Shown: one piece after another, positions 37,673-50,992 of the stretch
Position numbering within the stretch: position 1 is the first letter of the stretch
Layout: every line of letters starts with the position of its first letter
NCBI RefSeq assembly: GCF_018977255.1
Contig: NW_024704742.1
Location: 60,204,001-60,268,000 of the forward strand
Direction of reading: 5' to 3'
DNA from: Callorhinchus milii
Taxonomy: Eukaryota
DNA: 64,000 nt
The notes under the pieces: model-generated
What the model was told of the DNA's origin: nothing
Database searches by the model: none
The model's input: the letters and a program-made list of their open reading frames with translations, nothing else
Made by a program: the position numbers and the translations under genes

Positions 37673-38139
37673 CACATTAAAGATGTGTGGATCTTTAAGG
37701 ATCTTTAATGTCCATGTGAACAGTCAAACAGGATCAGTTAAGATGTAGCAAATGGAGACCAAGTGGCTCATTTCCTGCTGGTAAGATTCTAAATCGTTGC
37801 AGAGCTGTGATGGTCATACCTCACCCATCAGTGGCCAAGCCTGCAGGTACTACAACTCTGTCCTCTGAAATTCCCCCTCACTTACATTGTGTTTTGCCCC
37901 TGCTGTTTCTGTCTTTAAGTCCCGCCTCAAATCGTACATCTTTAAATGTGCCTATGGTCACCTCCATATCTCCCCCCACCCCCTCCTTTTTTGGGCGTCC
38001 AACTCCTGTCTTTGTAAAATCCTGAGCTGTTACTCAACGTGAAGGGTCCTGTATAAATGCAAGTTGTTGTTAAGGATGTGACATGAATTCCTAAACATCC
38101 AGTATTGCAGTGCTGCTGTCTGGAAACCATTGCATTCCT

Positions 38140-39135
38140 GCGTTGGGTAATTAAATGTGCTTCCAACCCCATATCCGCTTTCCTGCACTTCCGTCACATT
38201 GTCCACCTCCAACCATACCTCACGCCCAATGTGTGAGATCCAAGCCCTCATACATTCTTTCGTCACCTCCTGCCTTGACTATTCCAATGCCTTCCTCACT
38301 GGTCTATCGACTAGTCCTCACCAGGCTCCACTGGTTCCTTATTACTAAACAGATGAACTTCAAGATCCTCATACTTGTCAACAAATCCTTTCACGCCCTG
38401 GCATTTCCCTATTTCTCTGACTGTTGTATTAAAAAAAATGCTTGCTTGTAGATTAGTCATTAAGGGGTTAAAGTTAAAAGAGTGTGGCTGGGGAGTCATA
38501 CTAAATAGACATATTATGGGAAAAAAACTGCTTACAAGGTCTCAAGGTCTTGTTTGCAAAAGAAAGTGCGGCTGAAATTGGTTTGGGTACTAACAAAGGA
38601 ACACGTGCACGTGTTGATAAGAAAGTCAGGCCGTAATGCTAAGAGAGCTGGACGAGTAATAATTGGTCAAGAAATGTATATGTAAAGAAGGAATTGAAAG
38701 AATCAAGGCGAACTATTGGATATGTTACGGGCGTACGTCACATGTAAAACAAGAATTGAAAGGATCAAGAAAGATGATTGGGTTAAGCGAAAACAAAGGG
38801 ACCTGAAACTTTTTGGAAAATCAGTCGACTCCGGACCTACTGACCGTGGCCTCTTGATGGAAGACTGAGAGCTGGAAGAAACTTGTAAGCGGCAAAGACA
38901 AAGTGCTGACCATCATTGGAAAACAGTAGTTTTGTTCTGTTGTTAAAGACATTGATTATACTTATATCCACTTACTCATTGGGACACTGAGTATCCGATC
39001 CTAAGTTTCAATAAAGTGCAAACAGTTGTTGTGGTACAATTTATTTACGGGACTGGGTTTCTCTAACACGACCAACTAATTTTCCACTACACCACTCGCC
39101 ACCTCCCCTCGGCTGGCTCCGGCCTCCTGCTTGGA
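38140..39135 (+). mobile_element. Old L2 ORF2 fragment split by a solo LTR
   Basis: LIHSFVTSCLDYSNAFL and LHWFLITKQMNFKILILVNKSFHALAFPYFSD; L2 sequence resumes after 39068. Confidence 0.75.
38422..39068 (+). mobile_element. Solo LTR (647 bp)
   Basis: TGTT...AACA termini, 4-bp TSD TGAC/CGAC (one CpG-type mismatch), AATAAA at 39010, precisely interrupts an L2 fragment. Confidence 0.75.
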
Positions 39136-39929
39136 CAGTAAGATCGTAGGGCATTCTTGTTAATTGATATTTGTTTTCAAAAACTATTCCATTATGTAAT
39201 CATACTCTGAAGCTAGCAATTTAAGATAATAACAGCAATAATAATCTTTGCATTTGTTATAGTGCCTCATCACGTCGTCAAAATATCGCTAAGTGCTTCA
39301 CAGGATTTTTCTGTAAAGTGCAGTGACTATGTCCTTGTAGGCAATTGCGGCAGACAATTTGCACATACCAACATTTTACAAACAGTCATGAAGTGAATGA
39401 TGAGTTTTATGTGGGACCAATTTTATAGATTTTCAAAAAACTAGCAGCAGCCCTGCAACTTGTACAAATAAAGTAGTGAGTGGGGTCCAATTTGCAGTAT
39501 TTCTTAATAGGATTTTTTGATAAAATTGATCCCATTAGAACTATAACTCGAAAAGTAGATCTTATCAGGGCAGAGTTCCCATGGTTCGGATGACATATTT
39601 CCAGTTACTGCAGGGAGTCCTTACATGATACAGATTCCTTATTAAGGAATATTTTAAAAATGGACATTTTATCAGCCCATCTGCCTGTTCTCAGCTATTA
39701 ATCCTACATACACTTTCACTGTAATGAGTATTTTTTTTGCATGTTCTGAGAATCACCTAGGAATTACTGCTTAACAATATATTATTTTTTTTAAAAAACT
39801 ACTCAATCTTTAATTTTCTACTATGCTTATTCTATTAAGGATTTAACAATTAATTTCCTTGTTTTCATTGATATAGGGTATCTTAAAATGATATCAGTGT
39901 TTTCTATCTGCACTAAAAACATTTCAACG

Positions 39930-40640
39930 ACAAGCTGTATTCATATAATACCCTTAATGTAAGATAACATCTTGGAGCACTTCACAGTGGCGGAGTTAAC
40001 TGTTAAGCAAGGAAAAGTAGGAGATGACCATAGGCACGGTCGAAGAGATAGACTTTAACGTGGGATTTAAAAACAAATAGAGAGGGTGTGAGGTGGACGG
40101 ATAGAGGCAGGGAGTTCCAAAGGCTTGGGGCTCAGTGACTGAAGCCTTGGCTACCAATGGTGATGCTGAGGAGCCGGGGGCAGCACATTAGGCTCTTGTT
40201 AGCTCAGCAGAGGGGACGAGCAGAGAAGTGAGACATGAGCACATCAGAGAGATAATAATAATAATAATAATCCTTGCATTTGATATAGCGCTTTTCACAT
40301 CGGGAGGATGTCCCAAAGCACTTCACAGAACACACTGTATATTTGTGGGCGAACGCGGCAGCCAATTGTGCACAGCAATGTCCCACAAACAGTCGTAGAT
40401 TGAAAATGACCAATTTATTATTGTTTTTGTTTTTTGGAGGGATTATTATTAGGCGTGTGGAGTAAGGAAACTTGCCCAAGGTTTCTCCCTGCCTGGAATT
40501 GAACTCAGGTCTCTCGCTTGCAAAGCGAGTGCTCTACCACTGAGCGACAGGATAGGAAGGTGCTGGGGCATAAAGGGCGAGGGTGACGACCTTCAAGTCA
40601 TTGTTTGGAGACAAGGAACCAGTGGAGCCAGGCGAGGATT
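39930..40640 (-). mobile_element. Old L2 3' fragment interrupted by a young SINE
   Basis: L2 tail and GA-rich ORF2 antisense sequence on both sides of 40252-40552. Confidence 0.65.
40252..40552 (-). mobile_element. Young tRNA-Ala-headed SINE
   Basis: Nearly identical to 31365-31693 except a 16-bp deletion and a few substitutions. Confidence 0.92.
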
Positions 40641-41492
40641 GGGGGATTAATGGACAATAAAAATTATTTGGTGCTTTCAAGGTAATCAGATCGCAGGGCA
40701 TTGTTGTTAAATGGTCATCTTAAATGCAGCCAGATAAGATTTCAGATTTTTGTTGTTTTAAAATATCAAATTCAGGTTTCCTGTGACCTCAAGTGCTTGA
40801 TGTCTCTCTGAAACCCTACAGATGTTAATCAGTATAAAAAGTGCAAACCAACACTGTGCTATCAATTACAACACTTGAACTAGTTTGCAGCAGCTATCTT
40901 CGCCAAATATTGCTTGGTAACCTGGTGATCAGATTAGGCACATTTCAAATGAAATTTAAAGTTAAATTAAATGGGTGCTTGTCTAATTCATCTGAAATGA
41001 AATTTCATTGGGTGCTCATTTTATCATAGTAGATACATTAATAATTCATTCACAAAGCAATTAAGTTATCAATATTAATATGTGCAATTATCAAAATTGT
41101 GTGTATATTAATATGAATCTAATTGATTGAATTTTAATTATATATTGATTTATTTAATAATTGATGGTATTTCAGTGAATGATTATCATGGTCATGAGCC
41201 ATTCAGATTTGATGTTACAAGCACTCCATAAACTCCCAAAGATCTTTAAATTCACATATGCACAATAACATTTATTGTCATTTAATCTGCATTTAGAGCA
41301 GCAATTTAGCAGAGTAGCATTCAAATATTAAATATAAATATATGATTCCATCAATAGCGCAGCTCAAACATATCAAAAAGAAAACACTTGACATGTTCAG
41401 GAGGATTTGGAGAAGAACATCATGTTCTTGAAACTTGTTTGTCAAAAATTGTTCGTGACTGATCGATGCTTGAAGAACTGAACATATTTTTA

Positions 41493-44150
41493 GGAACATA
41501 AGAACAGGAGTAGGCCATTTAGCCCTTTGAGCCTGTTCTGCCATTTAATTAGATCATGAGTGATCTGTACCTCAACTATTCCTTTCAATTCCAATTTCCC
41601 GCTTTCTTCTCATATCATAAGAACATAAGATTTAGGAGCAGGAGTAGGCCATTCGGTCTCTCTAGCCTGCCCCGCCATTTGATAAGATCATGGCTGATCT
41701 TCACACCTAACTCTAATTGCCTGTCCTATCCCCATATCCCCTAATCCCTCTATTTTTTGAAAATCTATCAGTCTCAGCCTTGACGATGTTCAAGGACTGA
41801 GCATCTACAGCCTTCTGAGGTAGTGAATTCCATAAATGCACTACCCTCTGAGCGAAGAAATGTTTCCTCAACTCTGTTCTAAAAGGCTGACCCTTAATTT
41901 TAAGACTGTGACCCCTGGTTATAGATTCTCCTACCAGAGGAAACAGACCCTCAGTGTCTACTTTATCCAGCCCTTTAAGAATCTTATATGTTTCAATAAG
42001 ATCTCCCCTAATTCTTCTGTACTCTAGAGAATACAGCCCTAGTTTATTCAGCCTATCCTCATAGGTCAGTCCCCTCATCCCAGGAAGTAACCGAGTGAAT
42101 CTATGCTGCACCCCCTCTAGGGCAAGTATGTCCTTTTTTAAATAAGGAGACCAAAACTGCACACAATACTCCAGGTGCCGTCTCACCAAGGCCCTATACA
42201 GTTGCAGCAAGACTTCCCTACTCTTGTACTCTAAACCTTTTGCAATGAACGCTAACATGCCGTTCGCCTTCTTAGTTGCTTGCTGCACCTGCAAACTAAC
42301 TTTTTGAGACTGGTGTACAAGGACACCCAAATCCCTCTGAACACTAACACTATCTAATCAATCTCTCCCCCTCTAGAAAATAATCTGTTTTTCTATTTTT
42401 TCTACCTAGGTGAATAACTTCACACTACCCCACATTAAATTCCATCTGAAACCTACTCGCCCACTCCCCTAGGTTATCTATATCCCATGTCAATCTTTTT
42501 GCATCATCCTCAGAGCTTACTCTCCCACCTAGTTTAGTGTCATCCGCAAATTTAGATACGTTACATTCAATGTCCTCTTCTAGATCATTGATGTAAATTG
42601 TAAATAGCTGAGGCCCAAGCACTGATCCTTGTGGCAATCCACTAGTCACATCCTGCCAATTCGAGAATGACGTGTTTATCCCTACTCTCTGTTTTCTATC
42701 CGTTTAGCCAATCTTCAATCCATGCTAATATGTTCCCATTAATCCCATGGGCCTTAACCTTGTGCAATAGCCTTTTGTGTGGCACTTTGTCAAATGCCTT
42801 TATAAAATCTAAATATACTACATCTACTGGTTCCCCCCTATCTAACCTGCTAGATACATCTTCAAAAACTCTAAAAGATTAGTTAAGCATGACTTCCCTT
42901 TTGTAAAGCCATGTTGACTCTGCCTAATCTTGTTATGGTCTTCCAGGAATCCCATAACGACATCTTTAATTAAGGACTCAAGAATTTTCCCTACCACTGA
43001 TGTCAGACTAACTGGTCTATAGTTCCCCATCTTTTCTCTCCCACCCTTCTTAAATAGTGGTGTTACGTTTGCAATCTTCCAATCAATGGGAACTGTTCCA
43101 GAATCCAGAGAATTTTGGAAGATCAAAGACAAGCCATCCACTATCTCAGTAGCCACCTCTTTTAAAACCCTAGGATGTAGGCCATCAGGTCCAGGAGATT
43201 TATTAGTTTTAAGACCTGACAATTTACCTAAAACCATTTCTTTACTAATATTAATTCCCCCAAGTTGCTCACTAACATTGTTACTTGGTTCCCCTCTATT
43301 CTTGATAGGTTTTCAGTGTCTTCTAAGATGAAGACAGTAGCAAAGTACTTGTTTAATGACTCTCCCATGTCTTTGTCCCCTACTATAATTCCCCCCGTCT
43401 CTGCCTGCAGCGGACCCACATTTATCTTTGACAGCCTCTTCCTCTTTATATATTTATAAAAACTCTTACAGTCTGTCTTTATGTTCTTCGCTAGTTTGCC
43501 CTCATATTCCATTTTCTCCCTTTTTTGGTTCTCCTTTGTTGATCCCTAAAGTTCTCCCAATCCTCGAGTTTACTACTCATCTTAGCTGTTTTATAGGCTT
43601 CTTCCTTTAACTTTATACTTTCCCTAACTGCTCGAGTTAGCCACGGTTGGGCCACCTTTCCCGTGGCATTCCTTTTCCTCAAAGGAATACGTGCTCGCTG
43701 GGAATTTTGCAATTCTCCTTAAACGTCTGCCATTGTTGGTCTACTGCTAGAACCTTAAGTCTAATTTCCCAGTTTATTTTGGCTAAATCCTCTCTCATAC
43801 CAGCAAAATTGGCTCTACTTAAATTTAAAACCTTTGCTTCGGGCTTAACTACTTCTCTCTCTAACTTAATGCTAAATTCCATCATATTATGATCACTTTG
43901 CCCTAGAGGAGCCTTAATTTCCAGTTTGCTGATCAGCCCTGCTTCATTGTACAAAACAAGATCTAATCCCTTAATATCCCTTAATACCCTGACCTATCAA
44001 AAATCTATCAACCTCACTCTTGAAGGTATGGATGGATTCAGCATCTATGGCCTTTTGGGGGAGAGAATTCCAGATTTCTACCACCCTTTGGGTGAAAAAA
44101 TGCTTCCTGATTTAACTCTTAAATGGCCTGGTTATGATTTTAAGACTTTT
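41493..44150 (-). mobile_element. Older CR1 3' end (41493-41615 and 43966-44150) split by the younger CR1
   Basis: 3' UTR stops at ...TTCTCATAT and resumes at ATCCCTTAATACCC...AAAAATCTATC. Confidence 0.7.
41616..43965 (-). mobile_element. 5'-truncated CR1 LINE, frameshifted ORF2 (endonuclease end, reverse transcriptase, C-terminus, 3' UTR)
   Basis: PLGQSDHN; KSPGPDGLHPRVLKE...NYRPVSLTS...QHGFTKGKSCLTNL; GLPQGSVLGP...KFADDTKL; LEYCVQFWSP; (TTCTTATG)-type tail; ORF broken into several frames. Confidence 0.96.
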
Positions 44151-44209
44151 GTTAGAAATAGAAAATTATGGGGAATGTGTTAAAATAATGAGTCATAAAT
44201 TGGATGAAA

Positions 44210-44790
44210 TAGCCTGACTCATTTGATAGCACTCACGCTTCTGACTCACAAGGTTGTCGGTTCAAGCCCCACTGGAACGTGAACTCATAATGTAGTTTGA
44301 TACTCCAATGCAATGGCAGGGAAAGTCTGCATTGTTGAAGGTGCAGTATTTCAGATGAGGTATTAAACTGAAGTCCTTTTTAAGCGTTCAGGTAGATGTT
44401 AAGAGAAAAAAAAAATTCTCCTACACTAAATTGGTCATTTATTTCATGGCTGTTTATCAGATATTGATTTGTGCAAATCATTGGGGGTGAACACAGCGAC
44501 CAATTGCATACGTCAATGTCCCACGAACAGCAATGAAGTGAATTACATATTTTTGGAGGGATTGTTCATCAGGAAACTCTGTTCTCTCTTTGAGTGGTGC
44601 ATGGAATTTTTAACATCCACTTGATCTTTAACATTTTAGCCAAATTGACAAACCTCCAACAATACAGCACACTTCCAGCATTGCATCAGAGTATGGACAA
44701 ACACTGTAGGAGTTCCTAGTCCTCTTGTGGGGATTGAACCTACAACCTTCTGACATAGTGGCGAGATGTACCAACTTACCCAAGATGACT
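44210..44790. mobile_element. Two Deu-like SINEs in opposite orientation (+ ~44210-44480; - ~44490-44790)
   Basis: Plus head GACTCACAAGGTTGTCGGTTCAAGCCCC; minus head GGGATTGAACCTACAACCTTCTGAC. Confidence 0.6.
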
Positions 44791-44967
44791 TGCATCCTAA
44801 AAAATGCTTCACTCCAGGGAAATTTAAAACCAGAAAGTGCCATTTCTGGGAATTAAATCCAGAATTTCAACGGATCTGTAACTTTGTACAAGGATAAGAC
44901 AAACATTATATTAATGGTAACTATTTCCTTTCAAAGACAATTGTTTCCTTAGGATTTATTCCTTAGG

Positions 44968-45120
44968 ATAGATAATTATTTGGGGAGGACAAGTTTGCAG
45001 GGCTATGGTGAGAGAGCGGGGGAGTGGGATTGAATTGGATAGCTCTTTTCAAAGAGCCGGCACAGACACAATGGGCTAAATGCCCTTTTTTGTGCTGTAT
45101 AATTCTGTGATTCTATGATT
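44968..45120 (+). mobile_element. CR1 3' UTR fragment
   Basis: Matches 20282-20431; tail TTCTGTGATTCTATGA. Confidence 0.85.
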
Positions 45121-46216
45121 TTGAATCAGTCGCTGTTGCAAAAACTAAAGATTTTCCTACAGTACGCACTTTTCAGAGTTAATGAATGTATACTTGTAAT
45201 ATTCCAATGGCAAAATCATAATGAATAATTAACATATGTGTATTAGGAAACCTATTATAATATAGTGAGAATAATTAGTAATATTGCAATGATATGTAAA
45301 TGCAGAGCTATTGCCAGTTCACTTTATAAATGTTTGATGACATTGTATGACATACATTATTTATTTCTGGTAGAATGTACCACTTTTTCGTGCCACACAA
45401 CTGCCACTGCCTACCCCTTCCCTAAATCCCTTCATCTTGGGCAGTGCAAGATAATTAATTGGAATATTATTATGAAAACAACAAAAACAATTAAATATTG
45501 AATAAATGAACACCAAACAACAACTCACATTTATAAAGCGCCTTTCACAAAGGGTAATGCTTTGTAGAACTGTCGAACCGTGTTTATCTGTTGTATCTTA
45601 AAGACAATGAGAAAATCAGCAATGCTTCAATTCATGCATCTAATGAATATCTATATTTAAGCTCCTATTTTGTTTCAAACATTAAGTATAAAATGGTAAT
45701 AAAATATTTATACGATTGCATTGGAAACTTGGTATGAACTGGTATAATATTATATTGATTTGGTGACAAGCCAGTGTGGTATGTCGGTCAGTAATTAATG
45801 TCTTGCAGTTTGCAGAATAATAGTCAGGTTGAGAATCACAATCAGGAAATTAAGAAGCAATAAGTTCAACAAACTCCTTCATCCCTTTTTAGCAGCAAGC
45901 TCAATTGTTCAATGCTTTTCACCATACTCTGTTTACCAACATTGGGATATGTGCTTGCAAGTGAAATATATTATGGTGAGTAAATTTACCAATAAGCATA
46001 GGGTAACAGAATAGCATTAACCTTCCCAATACAAGAACATAATTTAAAATGTTTATTCTACTGAAATAATAACGCTCACATACATAGATTTCCATAGATG
46101 TAGATTTCCATAGATGGTACAGCATAGAAACTGGCTAACGTGCTGATGTGTATACTCTACATTAGCCTCTACCACTTCCTACTCCCTCCCTTACGCTTCT
46201 ATTCCCTTCTCCCTCA

Positions 46217-46565
46217 TGGAGAAACTATTTCCACTGACAGGTGGGTCGGTAACCCGAGGGCACCAATTCAAAATAGTTGTTAAAAGAAACAGGGGAGGTG
46301 AGGAGAAATTTTTTCACACAGCAAGTAATTCGGATCTGGAATGCATTACCTGAAAGGGTGGTGGAAGCCAATTCGATAACACTGTTTAAGAGAGAAGTAG
46401 ATAATTATTTGGGGAGGACAAGTTTGCAGGACTATGGGGATAGAGGGGGGGAATGGGATTGATTTGGATAGCTTTTTTCACAGAGCCGATGCAGACACAA
46501 TGGGCCAACAGTCCTCCTTATGTGCGGTATAATTCTATGATTCTATGGTTCTATGATTCTATGAT
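46217..46565 (+). mobile_element. CR1 3' end (same subfamily as 19595-20431)
   Basis: RRNFFTQQVIRIWNALPERVVEA; (TTCTATGA)n tail. Confidence 0.9.
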
Positions 46566-47904
46566 TCCCTCATTCCCTTCATCCAGCTTCCTGGCGTCCT
46601 CTTAAATGTATAAAATCTATAAAAAATAAAATGAAAATAAAAATGGACATAGCTATTTGTGGGAGTTGCCATTTGCAAATCGGATGCTGAGTTTGCCTAC
46701 AAAATACCGTCACTACTTTCTACAGAAAATTCAGTGAAGTGCTTTGAGACATTTCAATGCAATGAATAAAGCATTTGCATCAAATGCAATTCCTATGAAC
46801 AATTTTTCACCGAATTCACACAGATAATTCTTCAAATTCCATTAGATATCACTAGCTCCATGATACAGTGTAAACACAAGCAAACCTTTATGATAAAGTT
46901 TTATGACAATTTATTCAAACAGCTTGGTGAAATATTTAATTTTGCGCTTGACTTAAAATTACTTTTTCATGAAAATACTCGTAATGTTGATATCACCAAA
47001 TTCCCATTGCACGTTGCTGTCCCACATCACAGCGTATAATAATTCTAGACATTATTGCCCTTGGCCAAAGTATTGACAACATATCCATTCAAGGATTAAT
47101 TCACTTATTAATTGCTAGTCCCATTAATGCATCAAAAATTGTCATGATTTAACAAAATATTGCTTGCTTACACCAAACTATTTTAAATAAAAAGAAAGTT
47201 TGTTTGGCTTCACACAATCTACCATAATCTGTTAAAATGTTATAGAAAATGTTCTCAGCAGAATTGTAAAATGTGACTAAAGTTCATTCACTGGAAGTTG
47301 TTTTATTGACCATTGAAGCTCACGTGTTCTCAAAATCTGGGGTCCAATTTGCAATATTTTTTTCACAGGTGTCCTTATTAAAAGAATCCATGCTGTGTAA
47401 ACGAGAATGCCTGCCAGTAATCACAAATAGATTGTGCTGACTATAGGAAACTTGACTATTGGTGTGATCTATATCCAGGGCGGTTTTCCTGCAGTTTGAT
47501 GGGTACAGTATCGTAAATGTGTGCTTTTGTGGGAAACAACAAAATGATTGAGATGACAGGAATATAAAGAATTTAGGCTCCCTTGTTAGTTTTGAGCTTC
47601 CAATATGCAACCAATTTAGGGCCACAAGCACATTTCAAAAGCACATTTAATCATTAATGTTCCGATTCAGTATATTATTGTGTGACTTTCAGAATGCATC
47701 TCTCAAACTATTAAAAAAGTTTTTCCTACCTCAGTCCAGAAAAAGAATATGATCTCAGCTGTCATCAGTAGCAATGATTATTAGGAGACCTCTCAACATA
47801 TGTGGGCCTCTCAATCTGGTTTGCCTACTTTTTAGAATGGCAGTGGGTTTCTCTGTGTTCCAGATGGGATGGTACTATTCAAAAATAAAAATGTTTATCC
47901 TTAT

Positions 47905-48160
47905 TCAGTTGGTAGCATTCTCAGCTCTGAGTTTGAAGATTGTGGGATGAAGCCAACGTTGGGTCTTCAAACTCATATAGGCTAGGCTGACACTTCAATG
48001 CCATGCTGAAGGTCCATTACATTGTTATAGGTCCCATCCATCAGATGAGATGATAAACCGAGGTCCCATCGACTTGTTCGGGTGGATGTTAAAGATCACA
48101 TTGCAATTTTCATAAAGAGAATAGAATTCCTCCCAGTATCCTGGCCAACAACCCAAGGAC
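47905..48160 (+). mobile_element. Deu-like SINE 5' part
   Basis: GATGAGATGATAAACCGAGGTCCCATC...GGGTGGATGTTAAAGATC...CCTGGCCAACA. Confidence 0.7.
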
Positions 48161-48167
48161 AATTAAC

Positions 48168-48670
48168 TGTCAAATTGAATTTTTCACACTTTGTTTCAGA
48201 GGAACTCCCAAATTCCTGAGATTAAAATCTTGGTAACTTTGGGGCATCCCTGTGTGGAAAGCTGATTGGATGGATCAATTATGGAATATGGACAATCAAA
48301 GTGTGAACATGGCCAGAGGTGGAATGGCCTCTGGCTACACCGTGACATCATCATATGTCCAAATTTTGGGGTATAAAAGAACTAAACAAATGTTAAGAGG
48401 TTGGACACCATTCGGACACCGTTAGACACCGTGAGACACAGCAAGATCTTAGATCCCATGGGTCATGTGGGTTCATGGCTAAGCAATTAGCCAAAGGATT
48501 ATTGGTGTTGGTGTCCCCAGGGAAGGTCGAGATCAGCCTGCGCTGAATCATCTTCTGCAGTGTAAGCATGAATTTTGTAACTGTTTCATAATCATCTTGC
48601 TGATTAATAAATGAACCCTTTAATTTATCCATTGCCTCTGTCTATTATCTTACCTCAGAGTCATAACACA
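48168..48670 (+). mobile_element. Possible solo LTR
   Basis: TATAAAAG at ~48372, AATAAA at ~48606, ends ...TAACA; termini and TSD ambiguous. Confidence 0.4.
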
Positions 48671-50992
48671 TAAAATCCCTACAGCAGTTTAGCTTGCAAC
48701 CAAACGATCCAATGTGGAATGCAGATTCACAAACAGACAGATATTAGTATAAAATAGATTATTATAGAAAATTATATACATAAGGGGAGGAAGAGGGGGA
48801 GGAGCTAAACTCCAGAGGGCAAGGGGCAAAACCCCAGCACTGGGTGAGGCCCTAAACCAAGCCGCAGGCTTCTTCCTCCCCAGCTAGTCGCTGCTGTGCC
48901 ACGGCAAGAAGGAAACCAGAAATCCTGCGGTGCTCCCGAGCCAACCATCACCACCTCTGGGGGCGGTGATGGTTGGTTCGATCCTCTGGGGGATGGGGAG
49001 CCAGTGGAGGTGAGCGAGGGTGGAAGTGATGTAGTCGCGAAGCCTGGATTATTATACAAGACCTTTCCGATGAGGTATAAATCTTGTCTCTACATCAATC
49101 GGTTATTGAGTTCTCAGCTGACACACATACAGACAGACATGTTGTTTTTATTAGCATAGATGTAAGGATTATTATTTTTTATAAGATAGATATCCCCTCT
49201 ATGAAAGGGTCTTTATGAGAGTAAAGTAATAACATAGGAACAAATTATTGTTGCTGCAATTCCTTTTTGAAACCCTTCAAATTCTTTGTTACACCACTCA
49301 TGATAGTAGTAATATAAACAATGCATAATAAACTCAGTTCCACCACACCAATAGTTCTCGAAAATATCTCGGGTGGTCTTTCTCTTACTAATTGTTGTTA
49401 TAAAATAGACAGTCAAGTCAGTTTATAGTATATTCTGTGAAGCTCTTTGAGACGTTTCAAAGATATGATAAGGCACTATATCAGATGTAAGGATTATTAT
49501 TATTATTACTAGTGAACACTTATATGTCAATGTGCAGGGGATGAGATTTTGTCTTCTTTAACATCTAGATGCAATGCAAGAGGAACAGGAAGTATAAATT
49601 TAGTTTCCTTCTTCACAACACTCAGTTGTCAAAGAGATAGTTCTCGAAACAGACCTTGAATGAGGTGAGGGAGGGAGGGAGTGAATCGGACGGACTCCAG
49701 GATTGAGTTCCTTAGAGCAGGGGCAGAATGATCAAAAACATGTCCATCGATGATGAGGCAGATAGGGTGGGGGAAACGAATCAGGCAAGTGTTCATTAAG
49801 TGAAGGCAGCAGCGTGATCGGTAAGATTGTGAGGTAGTACGTTTTAAGATACTTGCACAATTTAGCCAAAGGAAAACATGCTGCAAGCACATTATTACAT
49901 CATTATTGTTTAACAATTAGCAGATGAAAGTGGTAATGAATGTGTGTATGATAGTTTAATTTCACTCATCTCTCTGAATGGGTGAATTGAACCTGCCATT
50001 CTCAGACATTCAGTTAATTTAGAGTTTATCATAGATGGTGTCAATCAGACAAGGCATATTCTTCAGGTTGTTCAACAAAATAAATGAAAAGCAATTTAAG
50101 TGCTTTAATTTAAGAGTCATAATGCTGTACTTTCCATTCCGAATAGTGGGTGGCAATAACTGGAACTTGTACTGTCCCAAAACTCAAATGAGTGTCGAGT
50201 ATTGGTCTTTGCCAAGTTATCCATTCATCATTATGAAGCTATTCATTAGTATTTTATAGTATTGATCTGTCTTGCACTCTAGACAGCTTACACAATTGTG
50301 GAATTCAGAAGCTATTGATTTACCTAAATAATTCAAAACTTTATTGTGTAGCTATGTGGCAATAATGCCCTTTAACATTTTCTATATTAACTGCTTTAAA
50401 TTGGTTTTCTTGTGAAGCTTCTTTGCCACATTTTGTTTTACAAACCTTCAGTCATTGTATTATGATTAATAACAATGTAAATTTTATTGTTACAACAACA
50501 CTACACAGCTAAAAACAGTTAAATACGATTTTAAAAGTCACACAAATATAGAATATGACCTGGTTGCTGATATTTAAAATTGCAGTATAATTGCTTTAAT
50601 GTGAAAATACTGCTTGCTCTTTATCCATTGTAATTGGGCTTCTAATTCTACAAACATTTAAACTGAAACATTAAATTCACTCATAAGAGCCCTTTCAGCG
50701 GATGTTGAATTTGTGAAGGCACTCAGATCTCACTCCAGTCCTGTAGGAATAATCCTTACATTCAATAAGAGCCTTTCATATCAGGGGGACGTCTCAAAGC
50801 ACCAAACTGGACACAATGTAAAATGTAGCGACTGTGCATGCTGTAGGCGATTAATCTCTCTTTGAAATTCAAATCCATAAACAACAACCAGCAAATAGCA
50901 ACACAACACATTGGTTGTGAAACAACAGTCATTGTTATAAGATTTGCATAGTTCTTTAAATGTTCCTTGAAACATTATAATATGCATCATTT

